Positions 12,671-26,061 of a stretch of 64,000 nt of DNA are shown one piece after another; within the stretch, counting starts at the first letter, position 1; every line of letters starts with the position of its first letter. The position numbers and the translations under genes are program-made. The stretch is from positions 52,638,001-52,702,000 of the forward strand of contig OZ336881.1 in assembly GCA_965287045.1 (NCBI GenBank), in the 5' to 3' direction. The notes beneath the pieces were generated by a model that was not told the DNA's origin, did not search any database, and was given only the letters and a program-made list of their open reading frames with translations. The stretch is from Carcharhinus amblyrhynchos. Taxonomy: Eukaryota.

Positions 12671-13730
12671 CAGCATCAGTAATGGCAACTAAAGTACCAG
12701 CAGCAGCAATAGGATGAAAGACAGCAGAAGCACCAACAGTAGTACAAGCGGCAGCAACCTTTTCATCTCTGACCTGCTGTGCTGGAGAACAAGAGAGGTG
12801 GGAAGGATGGGGCAGCTCGCCAGAAGGTGATACCTGCAACACAGGATATACAAACAAAGGACATGTCAAAATACCACTGCCTCAGGGGGTTCAGGGTCTC
12901 ACTTTAGGTGCTGGCAGTCATTTATAGTCTTCTGGAAGAAGACCTGTGGCACAAGTAGGCCCCTGTGGACAGTGGCTGTTAAAGTCAGCACTGCCCTCAA
13001 CATCTTTCTCTCTCGATCTTTCCAGGGATCTACAGAGGATAGATGAGACATCACAAATTCACCTGCTCACAAATGTATAAACTGAAGACTGATGCTGTGA
13101 TTGTCAGGGCAGGCAATTATGTATACTTTGCCACGGGAAATATTGAATAGTATGAATAGTTATTCAGGGTTGTGGCTCTGACTGGTTTTCTACAGATGGA
13201 AGGTGATATTAACATATGGAAATTGCATATTTTACAAATAATCCCCAACCCCCAGGTTAGCTAGAAATGTTCATCAACCACAGTGGCTCACACTTCATTA
13301 ATATACATTTGGTGTGCACCCACCCCCCCCACCAAAAAATGATTTTGCAGGTGTGCGCAAGATTCTTGGGCAACAGCCATTTGCCTTGAACCAGTAGTCC
13401 ATTCTTCCTGCTCGCTTCATGTCTCAAAGCAGATTTACCAACTGGCTGAGTGGAGTCAAGGGAATCTCACTGAAAACCTGAGCAGGCGAGCCCAAACAAT
13501 GAGGTTCAGGAGCTGAAATGGGAGGCCTGTGAATTGGCATGCTGAAGCTGTGCCTCAGGTGTCACAAAATCTTCAATATGCATCAGTCATAGTCCTCAGA
13601 ATCGCCATGGTGCGCTGCATTGCGCAGCATTGCATAGATATGAAATCTAGACCTTCAGGAGGGGCAAATTGCACAGCAGAAAGTCTCGTTAGAGAATGAA
13701 CAGAAATAGGATAGGGCCAAGGTACTATCA

Positions 13731-14030
13731 GTGCACAGTGGCACAGTGGTTAGCACTGCTGCCTCACAGCACCAGGGACCTAGGTTCAATTCCAGCCTCG
13801 GATCACTGTCTGTGTGGAGTTTATACATTCTCCCTGTGTCTGTGTGAATTTCCTCCGGGTGCTCCAGTTTCCTATCACAGTCCAAAGATGTGCGGGTTAG
13901 GTTGAATGGCCATGTTAAATTGACCCTAGTGTTAGGAGATTAGCAAGGTAAATATATGGGGTCACGGGCATAGAGCCTGGGTGGGATTGTGGTCGGTGCA
14001 CTGAATGGCCTCCTTCTGCACTCTAGGGAG
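13731..14030 (+). mobile_element. HE1-type V-SINE
   Basis: gtggcacagtggttagcactgctgcctcacagc...gaatggcctccttctgcact. Confidence 0.92.
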
Positions 14031-14958
14031 TAGCATACATTACTGTACAGCTGGGGGTGAGCTCATGATAGGAAGGTTGCCTTACCATTTGTCACAACTG
14101 AAAAGACTACTTAACAGGGCAACAGACAAAAATACGATAAGAAAGTGGTGTAAACAAACAATATTCATTTGACTCAAAGATGAAACAGAAAATGGTCAAT
14201 ATAATGTGTAACACACCCAAGTGAACACCTGAGTGCAAATACTTTACTATTCCTCTTCATAACAACTCTTGGTGCAACTCGCGTGGCTTCAGCAGAGGGA
14301 GAAGCAGGCTTCTTAGATCCCTGCTCTGGCTATTGAGATGTTCTAGGGTTTGGAGCTCATGATGGTCTCACCAAAGATTGCTCCACCTGCATCTTCATAG
14401 TTGTGAACTTGGCTATGCGGACATCAAGCAGCATATGGGGGGGTACTCACAGGATAGAGGGTGGGGAAAAAGGGTGGGAGATGGAAGCACTTTATGCCTG
14501 TTCTGCCTTCTATGTTCTTTTTACTATCACCCCTCTCATGGTCTACCATACTTGGACAGTAATAATGAGCCGGAGAATACTTGGCTGCAAATCAGATTTC
14601 ATTAATCCTACTTAAGGTGGCATTCATAATGTGCAAGCCATAGATGAGGGCCCACATGTACAATTAAGGATCCATGCATTTGGGTACATAAGGACATTAT
14701 TGAAAATGTCTTCAACATCATGTACTCATGCTGGGGATGAACTCCTCCAATCTCTGCAAGTTTGGACAGAATGACTGGAAAGCCTGCCAGTATATCACAC
14801 ATTCTTTATTGTCGCTCTAGACATAGAAAGTTTGGTGAAAGTCTCCAAGATCCAGCCTCTGTGTCCAGCTGACGAGAGCTTGGTGCATTCTCCAATGAGA
14901 ACTCTCCAATGCTGTTCTTGCCCTCCACTACCTGTGCATGCTCACTTATAAGTGTGAG

Positions 14959-15326
14959 GGATAGGATAGAGGTGGAGAGACTCTTCCCGCTCAGAAAGGA
15001 CAGTAGGACTAGGGGGCACAGCCTCAAGATAAAGGGGGGGGGGGGCGGTTTAGAACGGAGTTGAGGAGGAACTTCTTCACTCAAAGGGTGGTGAATCTCT
15101 GGAATTCTCTGCCCGTTGAAGTGGTGGAGGCTGCCTCGCTAAATATTTTTAAGACGTGGGTTGATGGGTTTTTGATAAGCGAGGGGATTAAGGGTTATGG
15201 GGAGAGGGTGGGAATGTGGAACTGAGCCACGACAGATCAGCCATGATCTTATTGAATGGCGGGGCAGGCTTGAAGGGCTAGATGGCCTACTCCTGCTCCT
15301 ATTTCTTATGTTCTTATGTTCTTATG
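14959..15326 (+). mobile_element. Young CR1 LINE 3' end
   Basis: Near-identical to the reverse complement of 33263-33617; ends in a (TTCTTATG)n tail. Confidence 0.93.
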
Positions 15327-17471
15327 TCACAAAGCGAAAAGCCATCTTTCTTCTTGTTCCACTGAACTGAGAGTATCTGCTGTATTGTTTACATGTGATG
15401 GCATACCCACAGAGTGTGTGATCTCATCTATTAAACTATTGTTGTTCTCTTGGACCACTTCCTGTAGGACACTTAAAGGCCCTGTGGAAGTTTAAAGACA
15501 TCAATTAGAACAATCAAGGTAAGAATGTTTGAACTGATCATTTGGCACATCATCGTATTTCACTGGCTCTGAACATTAAGTTAACATGACTGAGTATTGT
15601 ATGCCATGTGGTTGCCCCCTTGTCTCCATCTCCGATGGCCAGGCATGCTGAACTCTGCTGATCTCCTCCTCTGCAGATGTTAATTGTGAGTTTGATGGAG
15701 AATCTAGTATGTGCTACTCTCTTTTCCTGCAGGGATGAAAAGAAGGGGCATGGGTGAGAATAATAGAATATGCTGAGCAGTTGAGTGTGATTATGAGAGA
15801 GAGCCTTGATATTGTATTAAGACGAGGTTGAATGTCAGTGGTAGATGGACAGATGGTGATGTGAGGAGGTATGCAGATAGAGAGGGAAATGGTGCACCTG
15901 CAAGATAAGTAGGCTTCAGAAGGTAGAGTGAGAGGTTTGCCATGGTACACATGTCAGGCTATAGTTGAATCTGCCACTGTGCTCATCTTTCCTGCATTAA
16001 TTAGATCATTAAACGACTTTAGGCACTGAATCCAGGAAAGTGGTACCACAAACTTCCACCTCCAACCTCCAGCTATGCCTTCTTGACTTCAGAGGCCTCC
16101 TTCTTCCTCTCAGCAGTAGGGAAGAGTATCCTCCAATTTACTTCATATCCATGGAGGCATCACTAAGGGGAGGCATGGACTTTCAATGTAGAACTCTATT
16201 CTGGCAGCTCCTTCTATTGTATTCACAGCTTCAGATTCCCAGCTTCAGCTTCTTTGCAATGCCTCTTTAAATACTGGAGTTGAAATTGATGAGGGTTCCC
16301 ATCACACCTGCTCAACTTCCTCTGTTAGGAAAGCCAGAGGTTAGATTCAAATATGGGCGTTGGATTCATAAACCATTGTTGCCACGGCGCACTGAGTTCC
16401 AGGTTTCTTGCGGGCTACTGGACATAGCCCACCACCCCCCCACAATGCCCAGCGCATTGTCAAGTTAAAACTACCAGCCGTGTAAACAGTAAGGGCTCCA
16501 AAACCTGGTTGGTTAAGGAAACAGTTATTGTTTGCCCTGCACACAGGTTTCAAATCCCATATAGACAGTGCCAATGCAAACTTAGCTTGCAAATAACAAC
16601 AAGCCATAACACAAATCTCAAGGGAGTCAACTGTAACAAATAGCCAGCACTATTTATTTGCCACCGACTGCAAAATCTGGGCCTTTACTTACAAGGCCAG
16701 GTATCAGGGAAGTTGGAAATAGTTAATAGTTTAATATATTTGCTTTACATTCTGTGACTCAGAGCATGCTACATCACAGTGATGTAACAAATGCACGTTT
16801 CATTCATGCTATAAAAGTACACTTGCAGTGAGATTCTGAGCTATTCCATTTTTTAAAATCTTTGTTATCAATTTTTACATAGTTACCTACTGATTTTGTA
16901 ACATATATTTTATAGTCATATTTAAAATAACTGTAATTCAATGAAAAGGCTACACATGTACACAGATTACTTAGTGTACTTAATTTCCTACGTTTTAAAT
17001 CCAGACTATGCACTGCAGACAAAACAGAAGACACGTACACAGAGTAATAATAGGAACAATTCACACGTTACATCGGCACAAAGATATTAAGAGAATATTA
17101 CTATTATATACATATGAATTAGGGTTCCTTAAAGGCCAATCCATTTTTAAATTCCTTGAGATGTTTTACTAAATGAATCACATATGTATTCAACTTTTTG
17201 GAAAAAAATTAATTTGTTGATAAATCAAATCCCATTTAGCAGTTGAATTATCTGCACAGTGACTGAACATGACAAACAGCTACAATTGTAAAATTCCAGA
17301 TCCCAACGCTATGCTGATCGAAAGGTAACAAAATTATCCTAGGGCAGCATTCTGTCATTACTCCATTATTGTTTCACAGCTGTTAAATTATTAAACCGTG
17401 CCTTCTCCGATGATTTAACACAGGCAAGAAATCCCTCTGAAGCCTCTGCATAATTATTGACTGACATATAC

Positions 17472-17602
17472 CTGTGGATCGAACAGGAAGAAAGGATGTC
17501 CATTTTGTATCTGCAACACAATGTACTCTTCCTGGTTTTCCACAGACACCGCAAGGAGAATCAAGCCATCAGGCTGACTGGTCTTGAAGCTGAGTCTTAT
17601 AC
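17472..17602 (-). CDS. USH2A: Usherin internal exon (laminin G domain 1; about human exon 22, first long-isoform exon)
   Basis: Not in the ORF track; found by manual translation. Acceptor tactacAG|GT ATA; GIRLSFKTSQPDGLILLAVSVENQEEYIVLQIQNGHPFFLFDPQ. Donor CAG|GTATAT. 131 nt, phase 1 to 0. Confidence 0.95.
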
Positions 17603-17849
17603 CTGTAGTAGACCAGAATCATTAGTATTATTATTCTTTTATTATTCTGTAAGGAAAGGCAATTAGTAAAAGCCAGCAAAGCAGCATGAATACCATACGG
17701 ATCTGAAGAAGTGTTAGGTTTATTAGTAGGAAGGTAACAATGAACAACTTCATTCATGTGTAATGTAATCAATTCTGCCAATATTTTGGTGACTTTTTAC
17801 CCTGATTTATATAATCCAAATGTCTTAACTATCCCTTACATTTTCATAT

Positions 17850-18610
17850 GGGTAAGTGATGGCCTAGTGGTAGTACCACTAGACTATTAATCCAGAAACT
17901 CAGCTAATGTTCTGGGGACCTGGATTCGAATTCCACCACAGCAGATGGTAGAATTTGAATTCAATAAAAATATCTGGAATAAAGAATGTACTGGTGATGA
18001 TGAAACCATTGCCAATTGTCTGAAAAACCTATCTGGTTCACTTATGTCCTTTAGGGAAGGAAATCTGCCATTCTGACCTAGATTGGTCAGAGATGGGGTA
18101 GACTGGGGTTGTTCTCCCTGGAAAGACGGAGAATGAGGGGAGATCTAATAGAGGTGTACAAAATTATGAAGGGTATAGATAGGGTGAATAGTGGGAAGCT
18201 TTTTCCCAGGTCGGAGGTGATAATCACCTCAAGGTGAGAGGGGTGAGGTATAACTCCGATGTCAGAGGGACGTTTTTACACAGAGGGTGGTGGGGGTCTG
18301 GAATGCACTGCCAAGTAGGGTGATGGAGGCAGACACACTGGATCATTTAAGAATCACCTGAATAGTCACATGAGCAGCCTGGGGATGGAGGGATACAAAC
18401 GAATGGTCTAGTTGAACCAATGCGCGGCACAGGCTTGGAGGGCCGAAGGGCCTGTTTCCTGTGCTGTACTGTTCTTTGTTAGTTCTTTGTACATGTGACT
18501 CCAGAGCCACAGCAACATGGTTGACTCTCAACTGCCCTTGGACAACTAGAGACGGACAACAAATGCTGGCCAGCCAGTGACGCCCATGTCCCACAAATGA
18601 ATAAAAAAAA
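17850..18610 (+). mobile_element. tRNA-derived SINE of a second family, split by a CR1 3' fragment (about 18088-18489)
   Basis: Head tggcctagtgg...ggattcgaattcc; collinear with the uninterrupted copy at 49005-49350. The insert encodes a CR1 C-terminus (RRMRGDLIEVYKIMKGIDRV) and has a gttcttt tail. Confidence 0.85.
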
Positions 18611-18799
18611 ATAATTTGCAGCATCATTTTAATATATGCTCCTTGTTTGGTCACACAATACCATAATTAATACAATTATGCAACTTCTATTGTCTGTGCT
18701 CCTATTATCTGTGAGGACATATCTGAGTGCAAGACATTTAAAGCACAGCCTCCTTTGCTATTTGTCTTTCATTTCTTAGTTTACATACAGTATTTATCT

Positions 18800-19235
18800 T
18801 GTTATTTGCGAGGTACATCATAGAGTACATTTTGAGGAGACACAAATGTGTTTGTTGCATGTGCTATGTCTGTCTCTTTAAGATCAAGGGTCATCTGACT
18901 TGAGGGACCAATGAAAACTAAGAGTGAGTGCTCGCACCAGAGAGTGGAGTCCTCTCTCAGGAGAATCTTTTGGAAGCATGTCATAAGAAATGGGGCTCTA
19001 CCCCAGGGCATTTTTTGTGCTGCTTAAACCTCCTTTACCTAAGTTTCTCCATTCAATAAATACCTTCCTTGTTCTAAACAAAGTCTGAAGCCTCTCTTAA
19101 TAATTCCAGATGCCGGCCGTACGAAATATGTGATAAAAGTAAACTGCCAGCTTTCATAACCCACTGGGGAGTGGGTGGGTCTCCCCATAATGTGAGTCAT
19201 TGTGGTTCCATTGTATTCTACAGTATCCCCATCTG
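18800..19235 (-). pseudogene. Putative decayed coding segment of the unidentified nested gene
   Basis: About 143 codons with 2 internal stops: PVGYESWQFTFITYFVRPASGIIKRGFRLCLEQG...PWGRAPFLMTCFQKILL...HSLLVFIGP. Confidence 0.5.
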
Positions 19236-19759
19236 AAACCTTTTAAATTTATCTTGCCTCTGCTGCTATTTCAAACTTTGTGTGCAGAATATTTCATAAT
19301 AATCCATTGATTTAAGCGGTGTAAGTTTACACAAGGTGGATTTTAGGAATTTATGTTGAGAGGTTATCCCACATGGTATAGCTCTCATGATATTATAATT
19401 TTAAGCCAGTGAATTTTAATATTTTACACTGCTCACACAAAAGGTCATTGTTGCAAAATTGTTAGTGTGTAGCCACATTTTTACTCTTTTGTAGAATTTT
19501 AGCGCATGATTATTCAGTTGTATCAATAATGTATCCCTTTGATTAAAAAAAAAGCACTATTGATGCAAATCAACAACACTGAATCTTGGCAACCAGCCAC
19601 TGTAGTACTGGAATCAAATTATGGATCTGTGTCAAACAACTCTTTACTTGTATGGTTAGAATACTTATTTGGATGAAGGAATAAGTAAATGTATATTTGA
19701 GTTGGCAGATTATGTTAGAATTACTAGGCCCAATAAATGGATTGGAACAAGTTGCGGGG

Positions 19760-20772
19760 GGGAGGTGATTCTCCCAGCCCACCCTCTGCTTTGACAGGAG
19801 ACTCAAGCGGAGGCTGTTTAGCGGGTCTCCAGACATCGAATTTACAGGCAGCACCAGCTCCACGCCAAAAATTGGCGCAGAGCTGTATAAATTCTGTAAA
19901 TGAGAATTACCATCCCATTGGCAGGCCCAGGACTGAGGTCTCTGGGCTCATTAGCCTCTCTGTCACTGCCAAGAGTGTTTCACTCCAGCGGGATTTACAC
20001 CAGCTCACCACCAATTGCGAGCTGGCAGCCCAACCCTGCCGGAGTGATGGGGGGCCATGGAGGCCCCCCAGGAGGTCGGGAGTCAGTGGGGTTTGTCCCT
20101 GGGCATTGCCAGTTTGGCTCCCTGGCACTGCCCAAAGGGCAAAGTGACAATGTCCAGGGCGGACCTTGGAAATAGGGCCAGAGGAAGCAGGACCTATTTG
20201 GGGGTTAGGCCTTTGGGAGGCAGGGGAGATCAGCGGGGATATGGGGACCCAGCTGGCATTCTGCATTCAGTGGTGATAGAGGGAGGGAGGCCAGTGACTG
20301 GGGCTGAACATCAGCGCGGAGTCTATCTGCTGGGGGGTTGCTGGAATTGGGAGATCAGGGCTGCCAGTGGGAGAAGGTCGAAAATCAAGGTGGGCAGGGT
20401 CAAGGCTGGCTTGGATACACCCGTGAGGCTAGCGACTGGGGGTTGGGGGGAGGGGTGCCATGGCCAGCGATGCAGGGTCACGGGCTGGGCAGCCATCGGG
20501 AGGCTGACAGCTCGGGGCTACTGCACGTGCGCTGATCTCCTCTATGACAGTTCGGCACATGCACAGTGGCCCACTCAGCGCTATGCTGCTGGCTTCCGCA
20601 GCAGGAATGGGCCCCACCCATTAATTTTAAACGAGATTCACGTTAGTGCAGTCAGCAGCGCACAGAGTGCGGGAGATTCATTTTGGAAATACCAGCTGAA
20701 AAAAAAAGTGTGATTTACTCCAGTTTTTTACGCAAATTCAACACTTAGAATTTTTATGGAAGAATCCCACCC
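19760..20772. mobile_element. GC-rich non-autonomous TIR element (probably Harbinger-derived)
   Basis: Termini gg.ggtgattctccc ... ggaagaatcccaccc; internal similarity to 33008-35153 and 35731-36876; no credible ORF. Confidence 0.7.
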
Positions 20773-20789
20773 AGGAAATTAAAAAGGAC

Positions 20790-21330
20790 ATAGATTGACC
20801 ATGTGAACAGACAAAACTTTGACAGTTGGAGGTCAGTATGGCAGAATGTGAGGACATCAACTTTGCATCTGAGAAAAACAAATCCAAAGATCTTCATAAT
20901 GGTAAAAATTCAGTCTCTGTGAAGGACAAAGGTCTGTCAATGCTCATATACACAAATGAAATAAAGCTTTTGCACACACACAAAAGTAATCAGAAAAACG
21001 GATGGAATTTTTTACGAAGGACGTTGAAATACAAAAGTGAAAAAGTGATATTGCAGCTGTACGGAGCTTTGTTCAGATGTCACTTGGAGTACGACATTCA
21101 GTTTTAGGTACTTGTGGAATAAAGTTATTTGGACAGATTGCATAAATTTATCTTGTATTCCCTTGCGTTTAGGAGGTTAAGAGATGACCTAGTTAGGTTA
21201 TTTAAAATGATAAAGGGATTTGATACAGTAGAGAAATCCATCTTTTGATTCAGTAATTTGAGTAAAAGAGGGTATAATCTTAAAACTAAAGGTAGGCTAT
21301 TTTGGAGTGAAATCTGTCATATTTTCATAA
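20790..21330 (+). mobile_element. Degenerate CR1 LINE fragment
   Basis: LKYKSEKVILQLYGALFRCHLEYDIQF matches the CR1 motif IEYKSREVLLQLYRALVRPQLEYCVQF. Confidence 0.85.
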
Positions 21331-22099
21331 TAATGTAGTGCCAAGTGCTCATGCTGGATTATATAACTACGCTGTGGGTTCATTTATCCAGACTAGGCAC
21401 GGAGAAACATTAACACAGAAGTATAAATGTTGAGTACATCAGCAGCAGAGCTGTGTACTGCTGTCATGCTAAAGTTAAACTGAGACTGGGTCATAGGACA
21501 TACTTCCCAGCTATTGATGCTATCCCTTAAAAGCATATTACAACATGCCCTTTTTTAAAGACACTTTCCCACTTCCAAAAAAAATTAACTATTCACCATA
21601 CATGTTAGTTAACTATGACTTTCAATTTCCAAACCGTGGTGGTAATCTGCTAGTTCGCCCACATGTCACTTTTATAAACTTGGCCAAGCTTTTCCCATCC
21701 CATCCGAAGTCAATGAATTTTTGGTTGGCCTGCCAAATGTTCCTTTCCACTGACTCATGTTGTGGGTAGGATTGAAACATCCCAGCCCTCAACAGACTTT
21801 TCTGGCCCCATCGAGACGATGGAGTAGAGGTAGAAAATGCAGCAAGCCACTCAAAAGGCAATTCACTTTGGCAGGCATGGAAAATTCCACCAGCTGGAAG
21901 TGGTACTGGGGGGACATAAAATTCTGGCCCTTCAGCATCTTGTCCTGGATGCTATAAGGTGGTTGAGGAGTTGGATTGGACCCGATTTGCCCTTGGTTAT
22001 GCCTCACTGTTGTGTTCTTGTGTGTAATGACTTCATTGGATCTCGGTTCTGAATGAATTCTAGTCACCTTTGCTGGTTTCTATGTACTTTATGTCAGAT

Positions 22100-25000
22100 T
22101 CTAGATGCAAACTGTGAATTTGGCAAATCCATGCACACATTTTTATCATGCACATTGGTCATCTTCTTTTGCAGTTTTAAAAGTTGTTCTCTAATTTCTG
22201 AGACGATCGAAAGGTTTAGTACACATTAGTACACAATGGTCTGCCAAACATGAGATCTGCTGAAGTTGGAATAATTGCGCTTAAAGGCATCTCTCTCAAA
22301 GTAATACTGCATGGTATAGATCTTGCTTGGTCTGTCCACATTGGAGAGTTACATATTTCACTACGTGAGACATTCATTCAGGTAGGCTGTTAGATCTAGT
22401 GTAATGAGAATAAATCGTGCAATTGATGTTCCACTTTTTATGTATGTCCTGAAATGGCTCACCAATAAACTGCAGACCATTATCTGTAATGATCTCCTTA
22501 GGCACACCAAATAAACTGAAAATAGCACTTAGAGTGCAATAGTTGATAATGACAATGAAATCAGTATCTTGAATGGAAATGCACTTGGATGTGATATTGG
22601 ACAAAGAATGGGTAGCAACTTCATGGGGAATCACTAGTTCTTTGGGCTGACTTGGCATATGCACTTGACATGTCTTGTGCTTCTTGATGATGACGTCAAT
22701 GTTATTGTTTATCCCTGACCATTAGACTGTCTCACTTATGAGTCTTCTCACCCAATCTATGCCCATATATGAGTGATGAAGTTATTGAAGAATATCAGGA
22801 CTCAAAGATTTCAATGTAATGATCTGCCTGTCTTTAAAAATGATTCACCAGGAGAGCCTATTGCATCCTGATAAAGCCGAAATGGTCTTATACGTTCGTG
22901 GACATGCTGAATTGAACCAGGTCATCATTCATTGATGGTTTTCTACAGTTTCTGCAATTACAAATCAAAGAGGAAATGCAGGACTTTCCATCCGGCAGCA
23001 TTTTTCACAAACATTGAAGCCTAGGCCAATTTCAAGACTGACCAGATGGTAGTGATTGCAAGACTTTTACAGTGAGGAACAAACAATTAACGTTAATAAA
23101 GAAAATTAGGTAGTGTCAAATCTTTTGCTGTTTCTTCTTGTGGCTGCTGGCATTTGCATTGTGCAAAATATACCTGATAATTTGATGAACTTGCAATCTC
23201 CTGCAAGCATAATATTGAAGCTCCCTTGAAACTCCCAATTTTGTTGTATCATTCTGAATATTTTGATGTTAGGTTGTGAACTGAAATGATAGGAGAAGGT
23301 TGGTAGAAGGTACTGAGGTTGATCTGCCATATGAGACCTAACTGATTCCATGGACTGTCATTCATGAGAGGACACGATATGCCAACAAACTTACAATCAT
23401 GGGGCCTTTAGTCTCCATGATGTAGAAAATCTGTGATGCCCAAGAAAACTGATCATATTTGCATTCCAATGCTATGGATCCTGCACCTGGAATTAGTGAG
23501 CTATTTTACCCTGAAAATTGCGCAGCAATAGGTTTTGCATGGCCTTCCATGTGAATGGATACATGTCTTTTAGAATTCACAGGCACAAGTGCCAACACAA
23601 TTCCCCTGCATCAGTTTTGTCCAACAATGAGTAGTTATCAACTTTATTAGAACAGATCATTCAAATCTTGGTGAACACTTCAAATGAAGAAACGGAATCT
23701 ATTATTGCCATGAGTTAATAATGTAAAACATGTGTTCTCCTCTCTTCATCTCATTGTGCACATCATTGTCATTTTCTGGGTTATCCAAGTTTCTAACTAG
23801 ATACTGGGTGGTTTTTCTTACTGTGAGAAGGTACTTATTGTTTACGGTCTGTACACTGCTCTTTGCACCTGCATCAGGCTTTGTTGTAGTGCAATGGATC
23901 TACCAATAGCCCTTTCAGACAAATGCCTCGTAGAATTGATTGAAAGTTGGAAATTCCCTTGAAGTGTGCAGAAGGCCACCCCTTCCACGTGTCTTGCTGG
24001 TTTGTGTATTCAAGTGAGTGCGTCAACAACTGGGGTTGTGTTTAGCACTGCTAATCTTCAGCAACCTGTGAGGATCACCTCTTACTTGCATCCATCCTTG
24101 ATTAGGTCTTTGATTCTATACAGTTCAGGCTTGTCTAGCAGATCTTCTTCTATAGGAGTGGATACAATCACCAGCTCAACACCTACTAGCTCTGTGCTTA
24201 ACAAAACACAGTACATAGCCTTTCCTTTGCATCTGATGGCAAAATGTCTGTGGATTCTGTAGACTATTGTTGAAATGACATGAACTCTAGTCGATGAGTA
24301 CTGAAGTTCAAGTCAATTCTGCACTGGTCTTCCAATGTAGGCCCTATCTTTTGGCGATCCTATTGCCCTTTGTTCATTCTGACATGTTCAACTTGTGTAG
24401 ACCATCATTCCCAATTGCGAGGCAAACCTTTCTGGCTTGCTTGTCTGCTTCAGACACTCCTAAACAAGAAAGCATAGTTCTGTACGCTGTTTAAACAAAC
24501 TGAATTTGGATAGTAGGTCAGCTGCATCTCAATTCAAACAAGGAAATGTTGTGCCATTCTGACAATATCCATTTGACCATCTTCCTGGTTTTATTCAATT
24601 TACTGTGCAGCAATACTTGAAGCCATTGGTTATAATTGCAACTTTCTGTGGCATAATTTTATAATAGTTTTGTTTTATTTTCTTTCAATGAACTTCCTGT
24701 CACTCACTATTGATCCAGCCCACAATCTAGTCACTCACCTGGCCTGTCTGAGCTAACTCAGTGCTGGTCCTCTCAATACGCTCCTGGAACTGACAGGTTA
24801 TGCACTGTAATCTCATCACAAGGGATCCTCCTGCTTGCCAGCTCTTTACTTAGGCACGATCTCAGTCCTGTGTCTTCAAAGCTTTTCTGTGCAGTCACCA
24901 AGCTGCAATTTCAACACTCTCCAATGCTGCAAACTCATTGTAGTCTGTCCAAAATGTCAGTGGTTATCCCATCCTACGTAGTTCAATCTAAGGCTGTCCA

Positions 25001-25278
25001 GCATGTCTTACCGTGTTGCCACTCTGTTTGACCACTGCTGAGCACCATGTTGTGATTTTATAATGATACAAAAGTATCAATTACTCATAAGGGATTGTGT
25101 AAACACATTGGGGTTCATTTGTTCAGCCAAGACACAGCAACGTTCATACAAATGCCTGAATACATCAAAGGCAGAGCTACGTGCTGCCCAATGACCAAAG
25201 TGAAGCTGAGCTAGATCACACAATACTTCTCCCTTCTCCCGATGGCACGTTGCTATCCCCTGATGTCACATTACCACA
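22100..25278 (-). mobile_element. Decayed Ty3/Gypsy LTR retrotransposon (LTR, PBS, gag/protease, integrase; RT not seen)
   Basis: Integrase core FGVPKEIITDNGLQF...KWNI...HYTRSN and zinc-finger region LHHSYMG...WSGINNNID..IKKHKTCQ. Candidate LTR 25048-25278 (TG...CA) followed on the minus strand by PBS-like TGGTGCTCAGCAGTGG. Confidence 0.75.
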
Positions 25279-25683
25279 AAATCTCAAAGCACTTTTTCAT
25301 ACAAAGGGTAACGAAAATCTAGAAGTTGTTCCCCAAAAGTGCACAGATGCTGCATCGATTGAATTTCTGAGGACTGAGATTAATGTATTTTTCAAGAAAG
25401 TTGCATTTCCATAGCACTTGTTACAACTTTTGGATATTGCAAAGTATTGTACGGCAAATTAAGTAATTCTGAAATGTAATCACAGTTGTATTATTGGAGC
25501 AATGATCATTTTCACAGAACAAGCAATGAAATATATAACCAAAACTAACTGTTTTAAATGTAATTTGGCAAATAAATATAAGGCAGGACAAATCGCGAGC
25601 ACCTTCATGTCTCCCATCCCCAACACCCACCATTTCACTTCTTTTTGAATAGCTGTTATTAGATCTTTTATTTTCACCTGAGA

Positions 25684-25935
25684 GGCAGCACTGTTGCCTC
25701 ACAGCGCCAGGGACCTGAATTTGATTCCCAGTTTGGGTCACTGTCTGTGCGGAGTCTGCATGTTCTCCCTGTGTCCTCTGGATGCTCCAGTTTCCAAAGA
25801 TGTGCTGCTTAGGTGCATTGGCCTTGCTAAATTCTCCCTTAGTGTAGCCAAACAGGCACCGAAATGTGGCATCTGGGAGATTTTCACAGTAACTTCATTG
25901 CAATGTTAATGTAAGCCTACTTGTGACTAAAAAAC
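25684..25935 (+). mobile_element. V-SINE with alternative tail
   Basis: HE1-like head and V-domain, but tail ttttcacagtaacttcattgca.tgttaatgtaagcctacttgtgact. Confidence 0.85.
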
Positions 25936-26061
25936 AAAGAGAGTTGATAAAGGTGAGCTACATATCAGTGATAATTTTAATGACAGGTCAAGCTTAAGAC
26001 TGATTCCCATTCTCTCCTCTAAATCTTAAGACTAAAAGAATCATTTAAAATCAACATCTTT

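Larger units (their letters stand above)
11900..16684. mobile_element. Decayed two-gene Harbinger transposon (transposase on +, Myb/SANT-like gene on -) with nested insertions
   Basis: Plus strand 12960-13630: VAVKVSTALNIFLSRSFQ, EMFINHSGSHFINIHLVC, ILQVCARFLGNSH, GMLKLCLRC. Minus strand near 16000-16200: SDASM...EILFP...KKA...LSWIQCLKSFNDL. Right end aaaatctgggcc resembles the local TIR family; left boundary uncertain. Confidence 0.7.

Noticed and set aside
13731-13800. tRNA gene calls on SINE heads
   Set aside because: The A and B boxes belong to tRNA-derived SINEs and are followed by the V-domain; there is no cloverleaf.
1-17471. USH2A exon 23 (expected GS.V.VT..ND...Y.DGKWH...)
   Set aside because: Not found by eye. 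It probably lies beyond the window start, although a miss cannot be excluded.
19737-20713. Overlapping long ORFs up to 218 aa
   Set aside because: They lie in a GC-rich TIR element, are open in several frames on both strands, and show no recognisable domain.
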